The position numbers were made by a program, and so were the translations under genes. The notes under the pieces were generated by a model. That model did not search any database. It worked only from the letters and a program-made list of their open reading frames with translations, and was not told where the DNA came from. DNA of 61,844 nt, filler included, from Candidatus Woesearchaeota archaeon CG1_02_57_44 (GTDB lineage: Archaea > Nanobdellota > Nanobdellia > Woesearchaeales > CG1-02-57-44): NCBI GenBank assembly GCA_001871415.1. It is 6 parts of 6 records of this genome, joined end to end, with 100 filler letters (N's around TTAATTAATTAA, not from the genome) between each part and the next. Parts side by side here need not be neighbours in the genome. Positions count along the whole stretch, not along the records: positions 22,885 to 31,239 come from MNWW01000063.1; positions 31,340 to 39,810 come from MNWW01000052.1; 4 more parts are not named here. One strand, written 5' to 3'. Position 1 is the first letter of the stretch, and every line of letters starts with the position of its first letter. Positions 24,409-33,301 of this stretch are shown here, piece after piece.

Positions 24409-24641
24409 GGTCGCCTTGCAGCAGTACAGGTATTTAAAGATAATCCGTACGGATTTCTTACTGATTAGTGAATGAGATTCAATGTCCTCATGGGCTTTGC
24501 TGTGATTCAGGACCTTGTTGTAATTCAAAATTCAGTATTGGACTTTTCAGTCTGCCAAAATAGTGCTGCTCGTCCAGACCCGTGCAGGACGTCTTGAGGC
24601 CTTTGACGACGATACAATGGGCGGGTATATGCCGCCTCATA

Positions 24642-25058
24642 TCAGGAATCCGCGCCTTCCAATTTCTTGTCCATCTCCCTTGCAGCTTCCCGCATCTTGG
24701 TCATGTGCGCCTGAAAGTCGCGCTCGACTTCTGAAAGAAGCGCGTCAAGTGTATCCGTCCTGAGCAGATACGCGTTGCGCCGGGTGATGACTAGGCCCCT
24801 GTCCATCAGGACATTGATGTGATGCATGACCGTGCCACGTGACAGGCTGAGCCGAAAGCCAATGGCGTCGCTGCTCAAGGGATCATCGCGTTTTGTCGCT
24901 TTCAGGAGTTCCACAAAGATGCGATAGCAGCTCTTATCGCGATCACGGTTGCCGAAGAGTCCGAGAGATTTTCCGAACCACTGCATGGATTCATTAAGAT
25001 CACAAGAAGTGGGTCTGCGCTCAATAACAAAGGTAATCCTTCGATCCTGAATCGCCAT
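24642..25058 (-). CDS. ArsR-like winged-HTH regulator, divergent from grpE-dnaK-dnaJ
   Basis: LSSDAIGFRLSLSRGTVMHHINVLMDRGLV wHTH. Confidence 0.8.
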   Translation of the reverse strand: MAIQDRRITFVIERRPTSCDLNESMQWFGKSLGLFGNRDRDKSCYRIFVELLKATKRDDPLSSDAIGFRLSLSRGTVMHHINVLMDRGLVITRRNAYLLRTDTLDALLSEVERDFQAHMTKMREAAREMDKKLEGADS

Positions 25059-25079
25059 GTTCCTTGAGTAGATGACTGA

Positions 25080-25172
25080 ATTATATAAGCATATTGCAGG
25101 AGAAGTGTGTTTTTCGCAAAAAATTTATATACCAGTTTATTTTATCCATTACTTAGTTGACCTTAAGTCAAC
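25080..25172. promoter_or_regulatory. Divergent TATA boxes plus palindromic operator candidate GTTGAC-N5-GTCAAC (25156-25172)
   Basis: TTATATAA at 25081, TTTATATA at 25124, perfect 6-bp inverted repeat downstream of the grpE-side TATA. Confidence 0.6.
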
Positions 25173-25205
25173 AGGTTAAGAAGGCATAGAAATCCAGGTG
25201 GCGCT

Positions 25206-25964
25206 ATGGCAAACAAGAAATCATCTCACTTCAACAAGGATGCAAGAGCGGACAACACCGCATCCACGGGAGGATCACCATCTGATGATGCGCCGCCAAG
25301 CGCGGCTCCCGCTGAGCCGAGCGTGACCGCAAGCGACAAGAAGCGTCAACCGGCAGCCACAGACAGCGGTGCGCTGCAGGAAGAGAACAAGGCACTGATT
25401 GTCCAGCTTCAGCGCCTGCAGGCAGAATTCGAGAACTACCAGAAAAGGTCAGAGCGCGAGCAACAGGCTGCCCAGGATAAAGGGGCGTTTCAGCTGGTCA
25501 AAGAGCTCTTGGAGATATGTGACGCCCTGGAGATAGCGGTGCGTCATGAGGCCCGTGACCTGGCGGTAGAGGGTGCATCACCCGAGGACGCGCCCAGAAA
25601 AAGCGCGTCAGCCAGCGCAGGGTTGCGCCTGTTGTACGCGAAGTTGATGAATATCCTGGAAAAGGCAGGCATGATGCCCATCAACGCGCTCGGACGCTTA
25701 TTCGATCCCCATCTGCATGAGGCCTTGCTCCAGGATTGCCTGCCAGAACAGCCTGATGACCTAGTACTCGAAGAGCTGCAGCGCGGTTATCTGTTCAGAG
25801 GAAAGGTCCTGCGCACAGCGAAAGTCAGGGTCAATACCCACATGCGTGTGCCCACCTGTGAGTCAGAAGATGAGTCAGAAACGTCTGGGGAAACACCCAC
25901 TCCCGGGAAGGCGGGAAAAGCAGCGCAATCAGAGAAAGATGCTACCGATAGAGGCGACGCATGA
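25206..25964 (+). CDS. grpE: Nucleotide exchange factor GrpE
   Basis: LQRLQAEFENYQKR, FDPHLHEAL, ELQRGY..GKVLRTAKVRV. Confidence 0.95.
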   Translation: MANKKSSHFNKDARADNTASTGGSPSDDAPPSAAPAEPSVTASDKKRQPAATDSGALQEENKALIVQLQRLQAEFENYQKRSEREQQAAQDKGAFQLVKELLEICDALEIAVRHEARDLAVEGASPEDAPRKSASASAGLRLLYAKLMNILEKAGMMPINALGRLFDPHLHEALLQDCLPEQPDDLVLEELQRGYLFRGKVLRTAKVRVNTHMRVPTCESEDESETSGETPTPGKAGKAAQSEKDATDRGDA

Positions 25965-26497
25965 TGCGGCAGGGCGCTATGATCGCGGCGGATTCAACGC
26001 TGACAGAAGTGCTGGCATACGCGAATGACCGTGACCATAAGGACTGCGAGGCATGCAATCATTCCTGCCAGATGGGCGCGGGAGTGTTCGCGCCCGGTCA
26101 GGAGAAGGAAGTGGCGACGTTCCTGCATATCAGTGAGCACGAGCTGGAACAGAAGCTCGAACCAATCACACGATTTGGCACAACACTCAAGCGCCCCCGT
26201 CTGCTTTGCCAACAGAGTAGACCCTATGGCGCATGTGTCTTTTGGGATACGGAAAAAAAGTGTACTATCAATCCCGTCAAACCCTTGGAGTGCCGCACCG
26301 CGACCTGCGATCCCATCGGAGAGTTGACCAGTCAATGGTTCGCGAGGAATCACTTCGTCAAGAAGCAGGATCCAGCATCGTGGGCACAATGGCAAAGCGC
26401 TATGCGCTGTGCAGATCAGCAACTGCCTGAAACGAGGGTTCCAGACAGCCAGAAAGACGATCATGATGATACGGGTGAACAGAACGCGGGTAGGTAA
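25961..26497 (+). CDS. YkgJ-like Cys-rich metal-cluster protein
   Basis: CEACNHSC...CVFW...CTINPVKPLECR. Confidence 0.75.
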   Translation: MMRQGAMIAADSTLTEVLAYANDRDHKDCEACNHSCQMGAGVFAPGQEKEVATFLHISEHELEQKLEPITRFGTTLKRPRLLCQQSRPYGACVFWDTEKKCTINPVKPLECRTATCDPIGELTSQWFARNHFVKKQDPASWAQWQSAMRCADQQLPETRVPDSQKDDHDDTGEQNAGR

Positions 26498-26570
26498 TAG
26501 AGCAATGATACCAACCAGTAAAGATACGGGCACAAAGAACTGAAAGACAAGGACGACGGAGGGATGCACT

Positions 26571-28520
26571 ATGGGAAAAATCATCGGCATTGATTTAGGA
26601 ACGAGCAACAGCTGCGGCTTTGTGCTTGAGGCAGGAAAGCCAAAGGTAGTACCCAGCGCAGAAGGCAGCACTATCGCGGGAAAGACAGTGCCAAGTGTCG
26701 TCGCTGTGGCAAAGGATGGGCAGATTCTGGTCGGTGAGCCAGCAAGGCGCCAGTCTGTGACCAATCCTGAAGGCACGGTCTTTAAGGCCAAGCGCAAGAT
26801 GGGAACAAGTCATAAGTACAAGCTTGACGGCAAGGAATATACGCCCCAGCAGATATCGGCATTCATATTGCGCAAGATTAAGAAGGACGCGGAAGAGTTC
26901 CTTGGAGAGCCGGTAGACAAGGCGGTCATCACTGTGCCCGCCTACTTTGACGACAACCAGCGCCAGGCGACCAAAGACGCGGGAACCATCGCGGGCCTGG
27001 ACGTGGTACGCATTATCAATGAGCCGACTGCGGCGAGTCTCGCCTATGGCCTTGACAAGCAGCACACTGAACTGAAGATCCTGGTCTTTGACCTTGGTGG
27101 AGGCACCCTTGATGTCACGATAATGGAATTCGGCGATGGCGTCTTTGAGGTCAAGTCAACAAGCGGAGATACCCAGTTAGGCGGGACCGACATGGACCAG
27201 GCGATGGTAGACTATCTGGTCGAGGAGTTCAAGAAGCAGGAAGGCGTCGACCTGACTAAGGACAAGACAGCGCTCAACCGTCTCACCGAGGCGGCTGAAA
27301 AAGCGAAGATTGAGCTGTCCACCACCATGGAGACAGAGATTAACCTGCCATACATCTCAGCCAACCAGGACGGGCCAAAGCACTTTGTGCACAAGCTCAC
27401 GCGGGCGAAGCTGGAGTCATTGGTCAAGCCTATCATAGACCGCTGCAAGGCGCCGATAGAGCAGGCGCTGCGCGACGCGCAGCTCAAGCCATCAGATATC
27501 AGCAAGGTGCTTCTGGTGGGCGGACCGACGCGCATGCCGGTGGTGCAAAAGTTTGTGGAGGACGTGACAGGTCAGAAGCCTGAGAGAGGCATTGATCCCA
27601 TGGAGTGCGTCGCTCAGGGTGCGGCGATTCAGGCAGGCGTGCTGGCAGGGGAAGTCAAAGACATCCTGCTGCTGGATGTCACCCCCCTCTCCTTGGGCAT
27701 CGAGACCCTGGGAGGCATCTTCACCAAGCTCATCGAGCGCAATACGACTGTCCCTACGAAGAAGAGCCAGACCTTCAGCACTGCGGCCGATAATCAGCAG
27801 GCAGTGACCGTGCGCGTCTTTCAGGGCGAGCGTCCCATGGCGCAGGACAACAAGCTGTTGGGTCAGTTCGACTTGATTGGTATTCCTCCAGCGCCGCGCG
27901 GTGTGCCGCAGATAGAGGTGACCTTTGACATCGATGCCAATGGCATCGTGCACGTGACCGCAAAGGACCTGGGCACAGGCAAGGAGCAGAGTATCCGTAT
28001 CACGGCCACCCAGAAGCTCAGCGAGGAGGATATCGAGCGCATGCGCAAGGAAGCTGAGGATTTCGCCGACAAGGACAAGGAGCGCATGCAGCAGGTCGAG
28101 CTGGTCAATGAGGCCGACACGCTCGTGTACTCGACGAGCAGGATGCTCGATGAGCTCAAGGACAAGTTCAGCGATGAGCAGAAGAAGGGTATAGAGGAAA
28201 AGATTAGCGTCGTCAAGGAGGCCCTGGAAAAGGACCCCAAGGACATGGCTGACCTACGAGTCAAAGTGGACGCGGCCAACAAGGCAATCCAGGACGCTTC
28301 AACCGAGCTCTACAAGAAGGCCGCGCCGCAGCCAGGAACGCAGGCAAGCAGCTCATCAGGTGACGCAGGCAGCGCCGCGGGTAGCACCGATGAGCCTGCG
28401 GTGGACGCGGAGTTCAAGGAGAAAGAGGCGTCTTCTGGCGCATCCAAGTCCAAGGAGACCGAAAAGCAATCAGGCGCCGAAAAGGACACGAAGTCCGACA
28501 CGAAAGGGAAGAAGAAATGA
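26571..28520 (+). CDS. dnaK: Chaperone DnaK (Hsp70)
   Basis: [36 protein letters not shown]. Confidence 0.99.
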   Translation: MGKIIGIDLGTSNSCGFVLEAGKPKVVPSAEGSTIAGKTVPSVVAVAKDGQILVGEPARRQSVTNPEGTVFKAKRKMGTSHKYKLDGKEYTPQQISAFILRKIKKDAEEFLGEPVDKAVITVPAYFDDNQRQATKDAGTIAGLDVVRIINEPTAASLAYGLDKQHTELKILVFDLGGGTLDVTIMEFGDGVFEVKSTSGDTQLGGTDMDQAMVDYLVEEFKKQEGVDLTKDKTALNRLTEAAEKAKIELSTTMETEINLPYISANQDGPKHFVHKLTRAKLESLVKPIIDRCKAPIEQALRDAQLKPSDISKVLLVGGPTRMPVVQKFVEDVTGQKPERGIDPMECVAQGAAIQAGVLAGEVKDILLLDVTPLSLGIETLGGIFTKLIERNTTVPTKKSQTFSTAADNQQAVTVRVFQGERPMAQDNKLLGQFDLIGIPPAPRGVPQIEVTFDIDANGIVHVTAKDLGTGKEQSIRITATQKLSEEDIERMRKEAEDFADKDKERMQQVELVNEADTLVYSTSRMLDELKDKFSDEQKKGIEEKISVVKEALEKDPKDMADLRVKVDAANKAIQDASTELYKKAAPQPGTQASSSSGDAGSAAGSTDEPAVDAEFKEKEASSGASKSKETEKQSGAEKDTKSDTKGKKK

Positions 28521-29047
28521 TCCCTTCCCGCGAGCAGTGTCTGCGGGTGCTGGATGAGATGCCTGAGAACGTTAAGCAGCATTGCTTCGCGGTGGAGGCA
28601 ATAGCAGTCCGGGAAGCCGAGAGGCTAGGCGCCGATGTGAAGCTCTGCTCGCGCGCGGCGCTCCTGCATGATTGCAGGCGCCTCTCGCCAGAGCACGCGG
28701 ATGTGGCCGCAGACCTGGTGGCCGCTAAGTGTTGGCCTGAACTTGCTACTGCTATCCGCCGCCACCCGTTGCATTGCATCCTCACAGATCCTCCCCACAC
28801 CATGGAGGAAAGGATAGTTTTTTATGCAGACAAGCGTGTCATCGGTAGCAAAGAGGTATCTTTGGATGAGCGTCTGAGTGATATTGTAGAACGCTACGGC
28901 AAGGACCCGCAGTCAAAAAAGACCCTGCTGGCCGCGGCGCAGAAAGCAAGGGAGCTGGAAGAGCAGCTGCGCGCCAACAGCGGGTCGCTCCAGTCCAGAT
29001 TGCCCCCACAGGAACGAACCAAGGAGAACATACATTCACAAGACTGA
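28517..29047 (+). CDS. HD-domain phosphohydrolase
   Basis: H...AALLHD...H...YADKR; ATGA overlap with dnaK. Confidence 0.85.
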   Translation: MIPSREQCLRVLDEMPENVKQHCFAVEAIAVREAERLGADVKLCSRAALLHDCRRLSPEHADVAADLVAAKCWPELATAIRRHPLHCILTDPPHTMEERIVFYADKRVIGSKEVSLDERLSDIVERYGKDPQSKKTLLAAAQKARELEEQLRANSGSLQSRLPPQERTKENIHSQD

Positions 29048-29060
29048 GAAGATGAACAGC

Positions 29061-30134
29061 ATGGCCGAAGACTACTATAGCATCCTAGGTGTCGCGCGCG
29101 ACGCGAGCAAGGAGGACATCAAGCGCGCGTACAAGCACCTGGCCAAGGAGAACCATCCCGACCTGCATAAGGGCGATAAGGTCAAGGAGGAGCGCTTCAA
29201 GAAGGCGAGTGAGGCCTATAAGGTGCTCAACGATGAGAAGACGCGCGCCAACTATGACCGCTTCGGAACCGCCGGTGAGTCGTTCCAGGGATTCAACGGC
29301 TTTGAAAGCCAGGGATTCGGCTTTGATTTCTCGGATATCTTCGAATCGTTCTTCAGTAGCGGTGGCGGTGGAAGACGTCGTCAGGACCTGCACGCGGAAC
29401 TCACCATCAACTTGGAAGAATCTTATAAGGGTGTGACAAAGCGCGTGCAGGTGTCACGCGACGCGCACTGCCCTGATTGCAAAGGTACAGGCGCAGAGGA
29501 CGGCAAGATGCAGCGCTGCGCTGACTGCAATGGCACGGGTCACATCCGCGTGACCAGAAGGACGCCTTTGGGCATGTTCCAGACCATGGGCACCTGCCAG
29601 AAATGCAGGGGCGAAGGGAGCATCGCCGAGTCTGTGTGCAAGGCATGCAGAGGTTCTGGCGTCGTACCGGAGCGCAAGGATATTGAAGTGAAAGTACCAG
29701 CAGGCATCGCCGACGGCCAGATGCTGCGCGTCCGAGGACAGGGTGACTCGTCCAAGGCAGGGACCGGTGACCTTATCGTGGTCATGCATGTCCAGCAACA
29801 TGATACATTCTCGCGCAAGGGTGATGACCTGTTCTGTGAATTACCTATAAGTTATACAACCGCTGTGCTCGGTGGTGAGATCGATGTGCCGACCCTGGAT
29901 GGGGATATCAGCCTAAAGATTCCCGCAGGGACACAACCAGGCACGGTGTTTCGCCTGCGCGGCAGGGGCATGCCGAGCGTGGATTCCTATCACGTCGGCA
30001 ACCAGCTCGTGCACATCACTATCGACGTGCCCAAGCGCGTGGACAAGCGCGAGCGCGAGCTGCTCGAGAAGCTCGGACGCAAGGAAGGAAAGCCGCGCAA
30101 GAGCTTCTTTGAGAAGATACGGGACGCGCTGTGA
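29061..30134 (+). CDS. dnaJ: Chaperone DnaJ
   Basis: J-domain HPD, G/F region, four CxxCxGxG repeats. Confidence 0.98.
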   Translation: MAEDYYSILGVARDASKEDIKRAYKHLAKENHPDLHKGDKVKEERFKKASEAYKVLNDEKTRANYDRFGTAGESFQGFNGFESQGFGFDFSDIFESFFSSGGGGRRRQDLHAELTINLEESYKGVTKRVQVSRDAHCPDCKGTGAEDGKMQRCADCNGTGHIRVTRRTPLGMFQTMGTCQKCRGEGSIAESVCKACRGSGVVPERKDIEVKVPAGIADGQMLRVRGQGDSSKAGTGDLIVVMHVQQHDTFSRKGDDLFCELPISYTTAVLGGEIDVPTLDGDISLKIPAGTQPGTVFRLRGRGMPSVDSYHVGNQLVHITIDVPKRVDKRERELLEKLGRKEGKPRKSFFEKIRDAL

Positions 30135-30214
30135 CGCAAGGGGGTACGTGGTGACGACTGGGAATGTCAGTTTTTTTAGAAATATATATATTGCGGACAT
30201 CCTGAAGGTGAAGC

Positions 30215-31048
30215 ATGGACATCGCGCTGCACCGCCCGTTCCACAAGATCGTCTTTCTTGAATTTGAATCACAACGCGAGATGGCAGCAGCCCTGCTGCG
30301 CTTTCAGGAGTACTACGAGTGCCCGCGCTTCCGCGGCAGGGTGTTCACGCTCAGGGAATACAAGGAATGGTACCGTGGGCAATACGGCCGGTTCACCTAC
30401 CTGACTGACTGGGTCGGCTTCAATTTCCCCTGCACGGTGCTCGACCCCTTCCTGCAGGGGCGATTCAGGCCTTTGCGCAAGGCAGAGCTGGAGATTCTCG
30501 GATTACTGAAATTGCTGCGAAGGCCTTTCTATGTCATCGCCACCGAGGGCATAAGGCCGTCTTGGACACCTTCAGGAAATAAGGCAGCAAAAGGCAGGCC
30601 CGCACGCCGCAGCATTCCACATTCAGACGCGTCTCCTGCCAGGCCACACCCTGCGAAGCAGCTGCGCACGACACTGCGCCATGAACTGGCCCACGCGCTC
30701 TACCATGTCTCAGCAGGATACCGTCAGGCAGTGCAGGACCTGCTCGTGGATGACCTGCCGTTGCTGACACAGGAGGTCCGCCGCATGGGCGACTACGCGG
30801 ACCGGGTCCTCGCAGACGAGGTGCAGGCCTATCTCGTGGGCAACAGCGGCGCGCTGCAGGTGAGCCCGAAGCTCATAGGGCAGGTGGGCGAGCTCTTTGA
30901 GCAGTATCTGACCGGAAGCGCAAAGGCATCACGTCGGCCATCACCTTCTGCTGCGCAGACGCGCCGCAGCAGGACCGGGCGAATCGCCAAGGGTCAAAGC
31001 AGGGTATCAAGTGATAGAAAAAGAAAGAGAAAAGGAAAACGTTGCTGA
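30215..31048 (+). CDS. Hypothetical protein with HExxH motif
   Basis: LRFQEYYECP..F...W.GFNFP; RHELAHALYH; basic low-complexity inserts. Confidence 0.65.
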   Translation: MDIALHRPFHKIVFLEFESQREMAAALLRFQEYYECPRFRGRVFTLREYKEWYRGQYGRFTYLTDWVGFNFPCTVLDPFLQGRFRPLRKAELEILGLLKLLRRPFYVIATEGIRPSWTPSGNKAAKGRPARRSIPHSDASPARPHPAKQLRTTLRHELAHALYHVSAGYRQAVQDLLVDDLPLLTQEVRRMGDYADRVLADEVQAYLVGNSGALQVSPKLIGQVGELFEQYLTGSAKASRRPSPSAAQTRRSRTGRIAKGQSRVSSDRKRKRKGKRC

Positions 31049-31108
31049 CAATCTCCACTGTCAACGAATCCTCCCAATCAAAGCTCCCAATCCTCCCCCA
31101 GCTCGCTG

Positions 31109-31239
31109 CTACAGCGTGAATTTCTCCTTGCCTTCATACACCTGCATCGCGAACGTGACATCCTTTTCCGCCAGCGTGATAGCCGAGATGCCGTTCGTGA
31201 AGCGGATGGCCTCATCAAGGGTGCGCTGGTGGATGTTCC
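31109..31239 (-). CDS. 3' fragment of a gene cut by the gap
   Basis: NIHQRTLDEAIRFTNGISAITLAEKDVTFAMQVYEGKEKFTL*. Confidence 0.5.
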
Positions 31240-31339
31240 NNNNNNNNNNNNNNNNNNNNNNNNNNNNNNNNNNNNNNNNNNNNTTAATTAATTAANNNNN
31301 NNNNNNNNNNNNNNNNNNNNNNNNNNNNNNNNNNNNNNN
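31240..31339. other. Artificial contig spacer
   Basis: N-TTAATTAATTAA-N. Confidence 0.98.
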
Positions 31340-31356
31340 CGAGAGGTAAGGGCGCG

Positions 31357-31443
31357 ATGGTCCTGTCACCAGAGACGCAAGCGGAATTTCAGCGCCTTGT
31401 CGAAGGACACCGTCGTCTGCTTGAGGCGATAGGGAAGCTGTAG
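31357..31443 (+). CDS. 28-aa amphipathic peptide (antitoxin-like, uncertain)
   Basis: GAGGT upstream; MVLSPETQAEFQRLVEGHRRLLEAIGKL*. Confidence 0.4.
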   Translation: MVLSPETQAEFQRLVEGHRRLLEAIGKL

Positions 31444-31449
31444 TGTTAT

Positions 31450-31582
31450 TGCAAAGCACGGGGTTGAATACCCCGTCCTTCAGGACGTGCTTTGCAATTC
31501 AAAAATCCGCCTGCAATGACGAGGCGCGGTAATACCGCGGCCTTCAGGCCGCGGTTAGCGCCGAGTGGCGGATTTTTGTTAT
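31450..31582 (+). mobile_element. 133-bp non-autonomous IS200/IS605-type palindromic element, copy 1
   Basis: Identical to 61613-61745 and 1 nt different from 49020-49152; preceded by GTTAT and ending in GTTAT; two AATA + TTCA-loop hairpins. Confidence 0.85.
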
Positions 31583-31934
31583 TTGGAGGCAGAGTCTGCA
31601 ATTTTTCTGCGAGGTACATGGAACAAAAACCAATCCCGAATCCTCTCCAGAAAACTTCCTCAAATATGGGAACAAATATTCCCTTTTCCAGGATATTGTC
31701 CGTACTTATTATCGCGATTTTTGGAAATACGAAACCTACGTGAATCCGAATAAGATGGATCGCAATCAAGATTGTTAGTGGCATAACGACCATATCCATT
31801 ATTCCTTTCCATTCTATTTGGAGATATGTGCTAGGGTGTTCGATAGGGTATCGCTTCTCTGCAATTTTGATCAATTTCAGAATACCTAACACAAAAGCGC
31901 AATCAATAACAGCAACAACGAGCGTACTGATCAA
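31583..31934 (-). pseudogene. AT-rich CPBP/Abi-family intramembrane protease fragment
   Basis: PIFEEVFWRG motif; coding signal ends at the element; visibly lower GC; abuts the tRNA 3' end. Confidence 0.6.
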
Positions 31935-32006
31935 AGCCTCGGGAGGGAATTGAACCCCCGGCCTGCTGCTTACGAGGCAGCCGCTCTACCCCTGAGCTAC
32001 CGAGGC
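31935..32006 (-). tRNA. tRNA-Thr(CGT)
   Basis: GCCTCGGTAGCTCAGGGGTAGAGCGGCTGCCTCGTAAGCAGCAGGCCGGGGGTTCAATTCCCTCCCGAGGCT; cloverleaf, anticodon loop CT-CGT-AA, no intron, no encoded CCA. Confidence 0.95.
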
Positions 32007-32085
32007 ACGTTGGCAATGAATTTCTTGCAGATGTCGTTTTTCGCTCTTCGTGGTTCTCGTCTGGTCCGCGCCCAGCCGCTTTGGT

Positions 32086-32241
32086 TTACTGCGGTTCTAC
32101 TCTCTTTTCCGTGTCCTCACGCTTCTGGCACGCGCTGCAGACCGGCATGCGCTTGCCCTTCCCATCGCGTACGAACGTGCCCAGTATCTTGCCTAAGAAC
32201 TGGGTCTCTATCTTTTGTTTACACCGGGAGCATTGGGCCAC
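32086..32241 (-). CDS. Small Zn-ribbon protein (51 aa)
   Basis: GTG start; MAQCSRCKQKIETQFLGKILGTFVRDGKGKRMPVCSACQK...; TTTAAATA upstream; below the ORF-track cutoff. Confidence 0.7.
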   Translation of the reverse strand: MAQCSRCKQKIETQFLGKILGTFVRDGKGKRMPVCSACQKREDTEKRVEPQ

Positions 32242-32286
32242 AGCCGTCAGAAGCCCGGGATGGTATTTAAATGTTGTTTATGGCGG

Positions 32287-32450
32287 GACTCTGTCCTGAA
32301 TCTCGATTTGACTGCGCCAGCAGCGGGCTTCGGCGGCGTTCACCCCCGTGCCAGATCGACATCCCCGAAGGGGGCATCCCCCTGTCAATGCGCCAAATGC
32401 AACATATCTGCCTTCGCCATTGCTGCTGGCTGGACTCTTAGGACAGAGCC
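32287..32450 (-). mobile_element. 164-bp MITE with IS903-like (IS5 family) ends, copy A
   Basis: TIRs GACTCTGTCCT/AGGACAGAGCC; perfect 9-bp TSD TTATGGCGG at 32278-32286 and 32451-32459; homologous to 58830-58923. Confidence 0.85.
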
Positions 32451-32530
32451 TTATGGCGGAGCATGACCTTCAATCTGACCTACCGCATAGGTGTTGCAGG
32501 GGTCTGTCGGGTTTGTCTTGGTGCTGTCCA

Positions 32531-32803
32531 TCATCTCCTGTAGATGTCGTCATGGTGCGCGAAGTCGTAGAACGTAATCTTGTCTTCCGCCTTCTCATAT
32601 CTGAAGGTCAGCACAAAATGCGTATCGATGTGTACGCGCTTGAGGTGCTGCAAGGGCTTTCTCAGGTTCTTGTAGTGCTCAAGGTCTTCGCACGCGATTA
32701 TCTCCTCTATCTTCCTGAGCAGGGCGTCATATCTTGCCTTATCTCTCTTACAGAGCTTGGCGACTGTTTTCTTGAGACTGTCCGAGAATTCAATACTTGG
32801 CAT
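32531..32803 (-). CDS. RelE/ParE-superfamily toxin
   Basis: YKNLRKPLQHLKRVHI..HFVLTFRY...FYDFAHHDDIY; 90 aa; overlaps the upstream antitoxin. Confidence 0.85.
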   Translation of the reverse strand: MPSIEFSDSLKKTVAKLCKRDKARYDALLRKIEEIIACEDLEHYKNLRKPLQHLKRVHIDTHFVLTFRYEKAEDKITFYDFAHHDDIYRR

Positions 32804-33038
32804 TTTCCAGCTCTTCTCTCAATGCCTTGACGCTTTCATAGGCGTGAAACTTTCCCTTCTCGATTTTTTTCATCTTTTCTATATATTCAGGGCGCAATTC
32901 CGGTTCAAGAAATTCTGTCTGATATCTTGACACGACCATCTCAATCGCCTCTGACTTGTCCTTCAGGCCATACTTTGCCTTGATTACATTCAGGACGCGA
33001 TTGGACCGATCTGTGATGTTAATCATCGCTTGTACCAT
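32790..33038 (-). CDS. Antitoxin (DUF2683-like)
   Basis: MVQAMINI...NRVLNVIKAKYGLKDKSEAI...EPELRPEYIEK; upstream of the toxin. Confidence 0.8.
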   Translation of the reverse strand: MVQAMINITDRSNRVLNVIKAKYGLKDKSEAIEMVVSRYQTEFLEPELRPEYIEKMKKIEKGKFHAYESVKALREELENAKY

Positions 33039-33301
33039 ATTAGTTCACATATATTAGTATATACGTTGGATATATAACTGTTGTGGTGATACCGCTGTCC
33101 GCGGCGTGTGGACGGGTCATATCTGTTAGCGTCAGGGGGAAGGCATTGTAGCATACTGCGCAATCTTCGAAATTCGCAAACCTGACCCGTCAACTTTATT
33201 AATTGCACAGGGTTGCGCACGGATACGGTAAAGGGCGAGCGCAAGACCTGTCGCCGCCCAGAGCGAATATTCAGGACCAATGCCACGGGAGGAATGATTC
33301 C

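Noticed and set aside
31445..31582. Integron attC site or CRISPR repeat
   Set aside because: No RYYYAAC...GTTRRRY inverted core pair enclosing the repeat, and copies are dispersed rather than in a cassette or spacer array. No cas genes or intact integrase are present.
32287..32450. RNase P, SRP or riboswitch RNA
   Set aside because: Diagnostic conserved motifs are absent; TIRs, a 9-bp TSD and a second deleted copy explain it as a MITE.
33109..33300. Inverted repeat GACGGGTCA/TGACCCGTC and possible lysine riboswitch upstream of asd
   Set aside because: Only 9 bp with no TSD or second copy seen; the leader after the TATA is too short and lacks riboswitch consensus.
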